A DNA stretch of 8,404 nucleotides from Paraspadella gotoi (GCA_051294375.1 JBJCIZ010000720.1:1-8404); one strand, 5' to 3'; positions 1 to 8,167 are shown, counted from the first letter of the stretch. Notes: generated by a model not told the origin, from the letters alone. A program made the numbers and translations.

Positions 1-1
1 C

Positions 2-158
2 GGCCAGGATGGTATCGTCTGCTTTCCGATACCAGAAGAGGACTGACTCTTGCCCATGCAGGGATCGAAAAGAGTCCGAAAGCTTCCACCTCATAGTCCT
101 CCATATAAAAATCTGCCAGAGGACTCGAGGTTTGATTGCCCATCCCATTTTTGAGCTC
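2..158 (-). pseudogene. Penelope-like element (PLE) reverse transcriptase fragment, motifs B' and C, frameshifted; continues off the left edge
   Basis: Minus-strand translation from 158 gives ELKNGMGNQTSSPLADFYMEDYEVEAF. After a 1-nt frameshift near 80 it reads DSFRSLHGQESVLFWYRKADDTILA. This fits the PLE RT pattern G.xMGSPxSPxLAxxYMExxE...(W)xRYVDD. It is not in the supplied ORF track. Confidence 0.75.
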
Positions 159-344
159 TTTTCTTACCTTACTATTTCACTTATCTTTAACCTTATCTAT
201 CCCTCATCACTTATTCTTCTATTTCATTTTCTCTTACCAACAATCATCAGCTAACAATTAATTTATTATTACTTTTGTTAAAATATTTAGTTCTTCTAAA
301 ATTTTTCACTGTTGTACATTGCCTAATGTATTGATCCCTGTGTG

Positions 345-380
345 CTCTCTCTCTCTCATCTCTCTCTCTCTCTCTCTTTC
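345..380. repeat. (CT)n microsatellite, imperfect
   Basis: ctctctctctctcatctctctctctctctctctttc read directly. Confidence 0.9.
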
Positions 381-476
381 TTTTCACCAATTTCAAAAAT
401 CATTTGCTCTCTCTTTCCCTACTTTCACCTGTCCTCACATTCTGACCACTATCCTTGCTCAATTCTTTGTTGGAAA

Positions 477-508
<32 letters not shown>
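477..508. repeat. (CT)n microsatellite, imperfect
   Basis: ctct run with a single ttt interruption. Confidence 0.9.
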
Positions 509-540
509 AAACTAATGTTGAAAAATTTTTGGTCTATTGA

Positions 541-597
541 ATTCATTTTTGCTGATGAAGACTCGTAATACTAAGAGTCGAAAATGCATGTACATTA

Positions 598-602
<5 letters not shown>
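541..602 (+). ncRNA. Minimal type I hammerhead ribozyme (PLE/retrozyme type)
   Basis: CTGATGA at 552-558, an extra A559, stem II GACTC (560-564)/GAGTC (575-579), GAAA at 580-583 and palindrome ATGCAT at 584-589. The candidate cleavage triplet is GTA (590-592). Stem I is imperfect: 542-551 pairs with 593-602 at 7 of 10 positions. Confidence 0.75.

Positions 603-633
<31 letters not shown>
600..633 (+). repeat. Poly(A) tract (34 nt), likely a retroposition tail
   Basis: Uninterrupted A run overlapping AATAAA, directly after the hammerhead motif. Confidence 0.9.
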
Positions 634-636
<3 letters not shown>

Positions 637-764
637 CTATTACAACGATTTTTCGTTTCATCTCTAAACTATTTTAAATAGCAAAAGAAAGTCAAAATAC
701 AATGATAATTTATCCTAATTTGATGTTCTGACATGATATAAGTGAATGCCCGTCAAGATTGAGT

Positions 765-831
765 GGGCGGACCGACGGACGACAAAGTAATATAAAGTCG
801 GGATCTGCTGAAAAGCAGATCCGACAAAAAA
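765..831 (+). mobile_element. Terminus of a non-autonomous Helentron/Helitron2-type (HINE/DINE-1-like) element
   Basis: GACG/GGAC short repeats (cggaccgacggacgac) are followed by a 12-bp GC-rich stem GTCG(G)GATCTGCT-gaaa-AGCAGATCCGAC at 797-825 and then an A run. This is the layout known for HINE ends. Confidence 0.5.
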
Positions 832-1229
832 TAAAAGAGTGACGAGAAAAAAGAAACGAAATAAAAACCTGATATTGCGAGAAGAGAGAGGAGAGAGGGC
901 CAAATCGTTTTCGGACGAATCAGCAGTAGGCAGCAGGAGAAAACTTTTTCATTACAAATAAACTGATCAGCAGAGAGAGAGAGATAGCTATATGTAATTA
1001 AAGAGAATAGAGAGAGATATAATAAAATGAGAAAAATTTGTTTATTTTGATAAAATGTAAACAAAACATATTTAATAACTGTCCTCACCCAATTTCAAGA
1101 CCTCGACAACAACGCCAACAACGACGATGACGACGCCATTTATGTACGACGATAAAAATACAAATTAAATTAATAAACTAAAATTGATCTTTACTTTTTC
1201 TAATTAAACTTACTTCCACTAGCCTAATT

Positions 1230-1375
1230 CCGTTGAAATTTGAATTCCAGCTCAATGAACCAGTTTTTTAATCACGGACAAAATTTCAACTCAATTGATT
1301 TATCCAAACATAAGTAATAAGACTTTAAAGTTATGGGAGAAAAGACGGACAGACAAACAGATGGACAGACAAATG
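1230..1375 (+). mobile_element. Degenerate HINE/DINE-1-like internal segment
   Basis: Inverted repeat GTTGAAATTT (1232-1241)/AAATTTCAAC (1281-1290), followed by a (GACA/GACG)n tract gacggacagacaaacagatggacagac at about 1344-1370. Confidence 0.4.
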
Positions 1376-2133
1376 TTTAAAGTTTTATATCAAACGACAG
1401 CTTAAACAAAGGAGATTCTGACTGCATTGTTTTTTAAGAGATATGTTGTTCCCACATTATAGAATAAACCAATCTTTTTAGTTTGAATTCTGACGGCATT
1501 TATGTATTTAACTGTATCTTGAGAGCATTAAAAGATTTTGCATTAATTTATATACATAACATTCACGGAGTAATGACCTAGGATGAGAAACAATAAAAAA
1601 TGAAAAAATCAATAATGAAATTTTTTTTAACTGCATAGTTTATCTACGAGACTGTACAATCGCGTCTTAGGCAAAAAGAATTATGGATATTTTTGAAAGG
1701 AGTAAAACTTTTAAGCGTTTGAAAGTTTTACACTTGTCGAATTAACTATAAAATTTTCGCGTGTTCCGCGGAAAAAAAATTAGAATTAAATTTTAAAAAT
1801 TTGTACATGTCGCACGAGAATAAAGAAAATTACGATTTTCGTATGATTCCAATCACACTCGTCATAATAAACTTTAAAATTTGTGCTTTAACCGGTTGCA
1901 CAGAATTTACATGTAAATTGTAATAAACAACTCGACATTTAATTAATACCTTACCAAGAAGAGAGAGAGAACATGAACATGAAATAGACAAAACTGGGGC
2001 GCAATTTACTGTGGCCCATGAGGTCATTTTGTTTACGAAAAGTAAGACTTTCAAATTGTTAGTACGTGATACTAAAACCAGAAGAAAAAAATTAATCAAA
2101 GATTAATAATAATAAAACTGTAAAAATGTTAAA

Positions 2134-2182
2134 AACGTTATTACGAGATAATAAATAAATAACGTTATTACGAGATAATAAA
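2134..2182. repeat. 22-bp direct repeat x2, period 27
   Basis: AACGTTATTACGAGATAATAAA at 2134-2155 and 2161-2182. Confidence 0.9.
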
Positions 2183-2268
2183 ACTACACCAGTTTAAGAA
2201 TACAAATTGAGAGAGAGGTCGATGGTCAGTAACCTGCTTCCCTCGCTACCATACAACAAAGGGAACAA

Positions 2269-2308
2269 CTAGGGTCAACTCCGTGGTGGCGAAAACCTTC
2301 GTCGCCAT
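2269..2308 (-). mobile_element. Candidate Helitron 3' end (hairpin plus CTAG|T)
   Basis: The minus strand reads TGGCGA-cgaaggttt-TCGCCA, a 14-nt spacer, then CTAG (2272-2269) followed by T. Confidence 0.4.
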
Positions 2309-2740
2309 ATCCCCGCCCCCTGAAAAAAGTCTGAAGGACGATCTTCTTGGCATTGTGGAGGGCGTGGTCTGGGACTCCAGTCATGACTTGTTCTGTTCGT
2401 GGCGGTGGTGGTTGGCGACTCCAAGTTGGCGTCGCAGCGCAGGCCGCCGCATAAGATTTTGTCTAGTTGCCGCCCATCTGGGGTATGATGGCGGCGCCAG
2501 CTGTGATGCGACATGGTTGCAGCCAAGGAGGTGGAGGTGCCTGCTGAGGAGGCGGAAATGTCGGCCAAAGAGAATGTGGTGGCTGGTTGATGGTCGTGCA
2601 CGTCGATGGCCGCCGTCATTGCATCTCCGAGTGAGACCCCGTCGTCAATGCAAGAGAGAAGGCGAAGAACGCAGCGTGGACAAACTCTCTGGCGGATTGT
2701 GCGGATGTCTTTGCATAATCCGATGTTCTGGAGAGAGAGA

Positions 2741-2910
2741 GAAAGAATTAATAATCCTATTTTGAGTAAAATATTAGTTCACTTTACAAAAACTGATTTA
2801 AAAATGGAAAACGTGGCATTAAAGATCGAAGAGGAGAATAATAATCCTTTTTTGAGGACAATATTAGTTCAATTTACAAAAACTGACTTAAAAAGGGAAA
2901 GCGCCGCAGT
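2741..2910 (+). repeat. Diverged tandem duplication, period 90 bp
   Basis: ATAATCCT at 2751 and 2841, ATATTAGTTC at 2771 and 2861, and TTTACAAAAACTGA in both copies. Confidence 0.85.
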
Positions 2911-3000
2911 TTTGGCAGCTTTTTAAAAACCACTTAAAAATAGTTATTTTTAAAAAAAAATTTTTTTAAAATATTACCTAATCCTTAACCCTTTTAACCC

Positions 3001-3114
3001 TAACCCTAAACTATCACAAATCGATTACTACATAAAATTAATAAAACTAATAAAATTTAAAAAAATATTACCTAACCCTAAACTATCACAAATCGATTAT
3101 TACATAAAATTAAT
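3001..3114. repeat. 42-bp direct repeat x2, period 72
   Basis: TAACCCTAAACTATCACAAATCGATTA(C/T)TACATAAAATTAAT at 3001-3042 and 3073-3114, with one mismatch. Confidence 0.9.
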
Positions 3115-3149
3115 TTGGTTAATTCTTAAAACTTACCAAACTAATATAG

Positions 3150-3238
3150 CAAGGACAGTAATGCTAATGAGAACGCCGAGGCAGACGCCATTGCGGACAC
3201 GGACAGTCAGGGTGACGAAGAACTAAGTTGAGAATAAA
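3150..3238 (+). pseudogene. Orphan terminal-exon-like fragment encoding an acidic peptide
   Basis: CTAAT...TAG acceptor at 3141-3149, then KDSNANENAEADAIADTDSQGDEELS* (3151-3231) and AATAAA at 3233-3238. It is a GC-richer island in AT-rich flanks. Confidence 0.35.
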
Positions 3239-4057
3239 CCTAAATTTAAAAAAGTGGCACAGTAACCGAGAAAATAACTTAGATGTGGGGGAATTTATGT
3301 AAATGGCAGAACAAAAAATGCGCTATACCCAAAAAAAGGGAAGGGCTGAGATTAAAATGGAGTCATTGAAGGGGCATAAAACATTTTTCTACGGCCTCAC
3401 CAGAAAATGTAATTACATATAGAAATAAAATGCAAAAAATTTAAACCAAAAGGAAGTTAGTTATGCTTACCACGATCGATGCTGCAACAAGGTCCTAAAA
3501 TGGAGAGGGTGACACGAAGACGATGTAAAGCCTAAGACGATGTAATGACGGCAGAAAGAGCGCGTGGAATTTCGTTTTTATTCAATGGAAAATGATCTAC
3601 CATGATGGAAAAAAAATTGTCACGTTTTCTTAACTTAAATTTAATCTTAATTTATTTTTAACTTTGTCATTATTTTATAAAAGTGATACAAGCTTTAAAA
3701 CACCAGAACCTATCCAAAATTAAAAGAAAATTATTTGTTTATTAAATGAAAAAAAAATTTATATTAATTATAATAATTTATAATTATTACTTAATCATTA
3801 ATATAAAAATAATCATAAAAAATATAAAAAAATTGTAATATTTAAATTTTTTTTAAAATTACCCTTTAAACATATTAATTTCTAAGAATTATTAAATTTA
3901 ACAAATAATAAAAAAAAATATTTTTTTTCAATTTTAACCCACTTATTATCAAAATTTTAAAAAAAGGCTAAATTTTACTTTCACCGACCACGGTTTTGGC
4001 GGCTTTTAAAAAACCACTTGGAAATATTTATATTTAAAAACAAAAATATTATCCAAT

Positions 4058-4152
4058 TACCCTAACCCTAAAACCTTTTAACCTTAACCACCCTTAACCT
4101 AAACACCTTAAACTACTCTTAACCCTAACCCCTACCTAACCCTTCCCTAACC
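4058..4152. repeat. Degenerate telomere-like (TAACCC)n tract
   Basis: accctaaccctaaaacc...ttaaccctaacccctacctaacccttccctaacc. Confidence 0.75.
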
Positions 4153-5409
4153 TCGGCCAGCAAAAATAAAATTAACCTGAAAAAAAAATTATACTTTGTG
4201 TAAACAACTTTTCATAAGCTATCTAAATCTGCTTTTAAAAATATAAAATTTTTTTAAAAAATTTTAATATTTTTTATTTATAAATAAATATTAAAAAATT
4301 AATTATTAATACTTCTAACTATTTTTAAAAAATTTGGTCCTATGAAAGTTTTTTTAAAAATATATGAAATTTTATTTAAGGTTTTTAAATCCAACTTCCG
4401 ATTTATCCCATTGATAAAGTTTGGCTTTAATTTGGATTCGCTATAAAAACAAAAAAAATTTAAAAAAATATTATATGATATTTTAATATTTAAACTGCAA
4501 AAAATGATAAATGTTTTAACAAATATAATTTTTTTTTACAAAGAATAAAAATCCTAATTTTTACTTCCCCCCTAAATATTAAAGATAATAAAATTTTTAA
4601 TAATTTTTTTTTATTTAACTTTTTATGAGAATCTAAATCTTTATTAAAAGTTGTAAAATATATTTTTTTTAAATTTACTATTTTATAAAAATATTATTAT
4701 AAATATATTATTTTATTATTCTATTCCCGAAACTATATGGACAAAATATCTACTATCTAACATCCTAATATCTTTACTTGATCACCCAAATAATTTTTTT
4801 TATTTTTAAGTGCTCCACTTTACTGCACAAAGCAATAAAATATAATCTTTTATTTTTTATAAATTATTTATTTTTTTTATAAAATTGATACAACCAATAT
4901 AAAACTTATCTATTTATTTAATAAATAAACTATTTTGTCCCTGACTTTGGACAGGTTTTAATAGTTTAAAGCTTTTATCATACTTCCAAAAAAATAATAT
5001 AACAGGTCCTACAAGCTATTAATCAAAACTCTTAATATTATTAATATATCTAAAAATAAAAAGGCAATCCCTTTTGATAGATATTTATAAAATAACAGTT
5101 TTTATTTGTGAAAACCACGATCATTTAATAATTCGGATGTGTTTTGATTCTTGTTTTTTGAACCTTCATCAACAAGTTTTGATATATATTTAGATACTAA
5201 CTTTGAGAGATAAAGGCAATTTTAACCTTGATATCTTTTACTCTCTGCAAATTATTAAATGACCATTGTAATCATAAATAAAAACTCTGTTACTTTGTAA
5301 ATTTTATTATTATATTTTTTATAAATTTATTAATATTTAAATATTATTTTTTTAAATATTAAATTATTGTATACTTAAGCCAAAACTTAATTTTAAATTT
5401 AACTTTAAT

Positions 5410-5530
5410 TTACCCTTAACTTACCCCTAACCCAAACTTACCTCCACCCCTAACTTACCCTTAACCCTAACTTACCCTTAACCCTAACTTACCCTTAACT
5501 TTAACTTACCCCTAACTTATTTTTAACCTT
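5410..5530. repeat. 17-bp minisatellite with telomere-like core (TAACTTACCCTTAACCC)
   Basis: Exact units at 5451-5467 and 5468-5484, a near-exact unit at 5485-5501 and degenerate units on both sides. Confidence 0.85.
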
Positions 5531-6309
5531 AATTTATTTTTTTAATTAACTTATACTTAATTTATTCTTAACCATAATTTATTGTAACCTTAATTTTTAC
5601 CCAAATATATATTGGTTATACCAATTTCATATAACAAAAATAAAAATTATTTAAAAAAAATTATGATATCTGAATTGCTTGATTTTTTTTCCCAAAACGT
5701 TATCCTCTTCTCCATTTCGTTCCTCTTCTTTTTTCCGTTAATTCTTTAAGAAAAACCTTGCTCTTCGTTTTTCCATAAGCCTCCAGAAAGCATTGATCTT
5801 CAGGAATACCAATAAAAATATATTTAATTTTAAAAAATTAAGTTTTATAATTTTTAATACCATTCTTTTTTGGACATATGAAATAAAATTTATCATTGAA
5901 TCAATCTTAAAAAAATAATAATATTTTTAATAATATTATTTTAATTAAAATATATTTTAAAAAAATTAAATATATATAAAAAATAAATAATAGTTAAATA
6001 GTTGCTGTAACAATTTTTTTTCCATCATGGTACACATGTGACACTAGACAAGCGTAAAATTTCTGATGGATTTTTTCGTTTTGTCGCGGCTGCGGTGGTC
6101 ATCGCAGCACGGAAAATGAAAATTAAGAGAGCGAAAGAGAGGCGCTGTTTAAGTTAATTTCAGTGGTGCTCGCTTTGCCCCACCAAATGTTTTCACGTTT
6201 TTCAAAAGTTGATAGCGGCGACGGCGACCTTGGCGGTGCAGAAAATGAAAATTAACAAAAAAAACACGTGGCGAATGAAGAGGGTCGAGAAACTTCCATG
6301 GCAACTGTT

Positions 6310-6546
6310 AGAAAAGTGATATTGAGACACGATAACACAAGAAATTTGGCTTTGAACGAGGACCTGATCGCGCATTAAATGATTAGGCGATGTAAAAATT
6401 TCGAGAGCGACTAGTAGCGACGACGAGCGATGAGTAGCGAAAAAAGCGAAAAACAGCGAAAACAGCCAAACCAGCTCTATTAAATAATAAATTTCACGAT
6501 GAAAATACGAAAACTACGCCTTTGTTCCCCCAGATTTGGAAAGTTC
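6310..6546 (+). repeat. 237-bp direct repeat, copy 1 (possible LTR start TGTT at 6306)
   Basis: Identical by eye to 8168-8404 (offset 1858). Confidence 0.92.
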
Positions 6547-8142
6547 AGACACTGAACTATCCAGATTTCAAATAATAATGGTAAGTTAATGTCGTCTTCA
6601 GGTGCAAATTAAAGCCTCTACTAAAATTTGGTTTAGGCCTTTTTAATGAGATAATTTTAACTAGTGAAATAGCTTAGCCGCTTGTCAAGACACTAAACTA
6701 AATATATGTATTGTGACGAGTTCTCTTTTTAGTATCAGTGCTAGACGAGGGACAGTTAAACTTGACATAAATTCTTAAATGTAGTATAATGTTTTACTGG
6801 CTTTGTTTCATATCAAGACCTTTACCAATTTTCTTTGTTCCCGCAAAGGAAGATACCTAGGACGTTAGAGGTTCAAATACTAATAACACTTTTTACTTTA
6901 TTTGTTGGGATCAGGTGCAAATATTGTAAAATATAGCAATGAACGGACATTTTCGAGTAGAGGACCTGTTTAAAAATGATCAACATTGTACCAGGACCAT
7001 TATTTATAGTCTTTTTTGCATTAGTGCATTGAATGAGTTCAAGGATTGTCTTAGAGTAGGAAACTTGTAATAAATTTAAAAATATTCCTTAGTATTTACA
7101 GTAAAATACGAAAAAAAGACAAATCAAAGGAAAACCGCTCGAGGAGTAATCGTTTTAAATGGCTTTAAATACTACTAAATTATTTATGGATTTATGTTGT
7201 TCCACCGATTTTAGATACTAAAAACCATGTACTATCAAAAAGCATTCGTAGTTGGCAAGTATTTAAAGCGCTACTGGTGCAACTTTCGACATGAACCAAA
7301 AAAAGCCGGAAAAAATTTCGATCGCTCGAATTTTTTTTCTTCGCGAAGCGACATATCTATATATAGAGAATAATCGTCTTTTTTCCTGTGGTCGATTCGA
7401 TAATTTGTACCGATCGACGGTGGAATTACGTCTAGTTTACTGAAGCGATAACAATTTATTGAAATCGGTCTCACCGCGTTATCAAAAAGTTCATGGTAAA
7501 AAACGATGAAAACAATATCGCGCCTTCCGAGGGCGATCAACTTTCGCCGCTCAACCGAGCGAAAAGTGGTTTAACATATAGGTTCTGACTACGTAGTACT
7601 AATCATTAGTCCAGGACCGAATCTAGGGTAAAAAGCGAAATCCTCGTTCCGGGCCCATAGAAATAACGAGAGAAATTACGAGCTTGACTACGGAAAAGAA
7701 AAGTGTTGATATAAGAAACGAATTTATAAGAGAATAAGCGTAGATTGAGTTACTTTGGGGATATACCTAAATAAGTGAATTGGATATCAATTTTAGTTAC
7801 AAATTGGGGTTATTTTACTGAAATACAGACCGAGGGCGATCGGGGTCTAAGGGGATTAAGCAGCTTGAAAAAAGTCGACTTCTTGCCGAGCAGATTCTGC
7901 CGCGCATAGCAGAAGAGAGATAGCGCGTGGCAGTTTAAGGGTAGACAACTTGAGATGGTTTCACAGGAACGGAAGTTGTCTGCCGACATCTTTCTCAACG
8001 GAGTGGCCGGACGCAAATCGTCGCCGCTAGGAGAAATCGCCTTCAAAGTGACTTTCGATTTTTCAGAGTAGGAAAGAAATTGGGTTGGCTCAGGCTAATT
8101 CTGACTGCGTTCTCCCGGGTTGGTTGGTTGAGCTGAAAGTCA

Positions 8143-8167
8143 NNNNNNNNNNNNNNNNNNNNNNNNN
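8143..8167. other. Assembly gap (25 N)
   Basis: Run of N. Confidence 1.

Larger units (their letters stand above)
160..633 (+). mobile_element. Putative PLE 3' UTR / pseudo-LTR, or a retrozyme-like insert, inverted relative to the RT fragment
   Basis: Abrupt switch to pyrimidine-rich sequence at about 160, (CT)n tracts, a hammerhead core at 552-592, AATAAA at 597-602 and poly(A) at 600-633. Confidence 0.5.
3600..6030. mobile_element. Non-autonomous or decayed TIR DNA transposon with putative TA target-site duplication
   Basis: Left TIR CCATGATGGAAAAAAAATTGTCAC (3600-3623) matches the reverse complement of 6007-6030 at 23/24 positions. TA lies immediately outside both ends (3598-3599 and 6031-6032). 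There is no intact ORF inside. Confidence 0.8.

Noticed and set aside
215-250. Second CTGATGA...GAAA spacing on the minus strand as a hammerhead
   Set aside because: No stem II pairing or R10.1-Y11.1 closing pair between the boxes, and no usable helix III.
9-254. Supplied ORF, 81 aa (+)
   Set aside because: It is the antisense shadow of the RT fragment running into pyrimidine-rich low-complexity sequence.
319-1088. Supplied ORFs 319..510, 715..903 and 753..1088
   Set aside because: Leu/Ser/Phe-rich translations of CT/AG microsatellite-rich DNA with no domain features.
1105-1153. GAC/AAC trinucleotide-like run (DNNANNDDDD)
   Set aside because: Too short, with no exon context; treated as a degenerate microsatellite.
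1750-1780. TTTTCGCG ... CCGCGGAAAA, an E2F-like inverted pair
   Set aside because: Short motifs with no associated gene start, so chance cannot be excluded.
2275-2926. Supplied ORFs 2275..2619, 2283..2765 and 2606..2926 as real genes
   Set aside because: Overlapping frames on both strands of a GC-rich block, with no recognisable protein family.
2134-3545. Short direct repeats (22-mer, 42-mer, AAGACGATGTAA at 3517 and 3534) as a CRISPR array
   Set aside because: Only two copies of each, no unique regular spacers, no cas genes and a eukaryotic context.
6089-6108. Hairpin GCTGCGGTGGTCATCGCAGC as a Helitron end
   Set aside because: No CTRR at a convincing position downstream on the plus strand. 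The CTAG at about 6043-6046 is more than 40 nt away on the minus strand.
7570-7662. TTAACA at about 7570-7575 as an LTR end, or GGGCCCATAG as a copia-type half-tRNA-iMet PBS
   Set aside because: No TGG-type PBS follows the CA. The GGGCCCATA match is partial and not adjacent to an LTR boundary.
7271-8046. Supplied minus-strand ORFs 7271..7540 and 7810..8046 (also 1830..2099)
   Set aside because: Short, begin at non-ATG codons and have no recognisable motifs.
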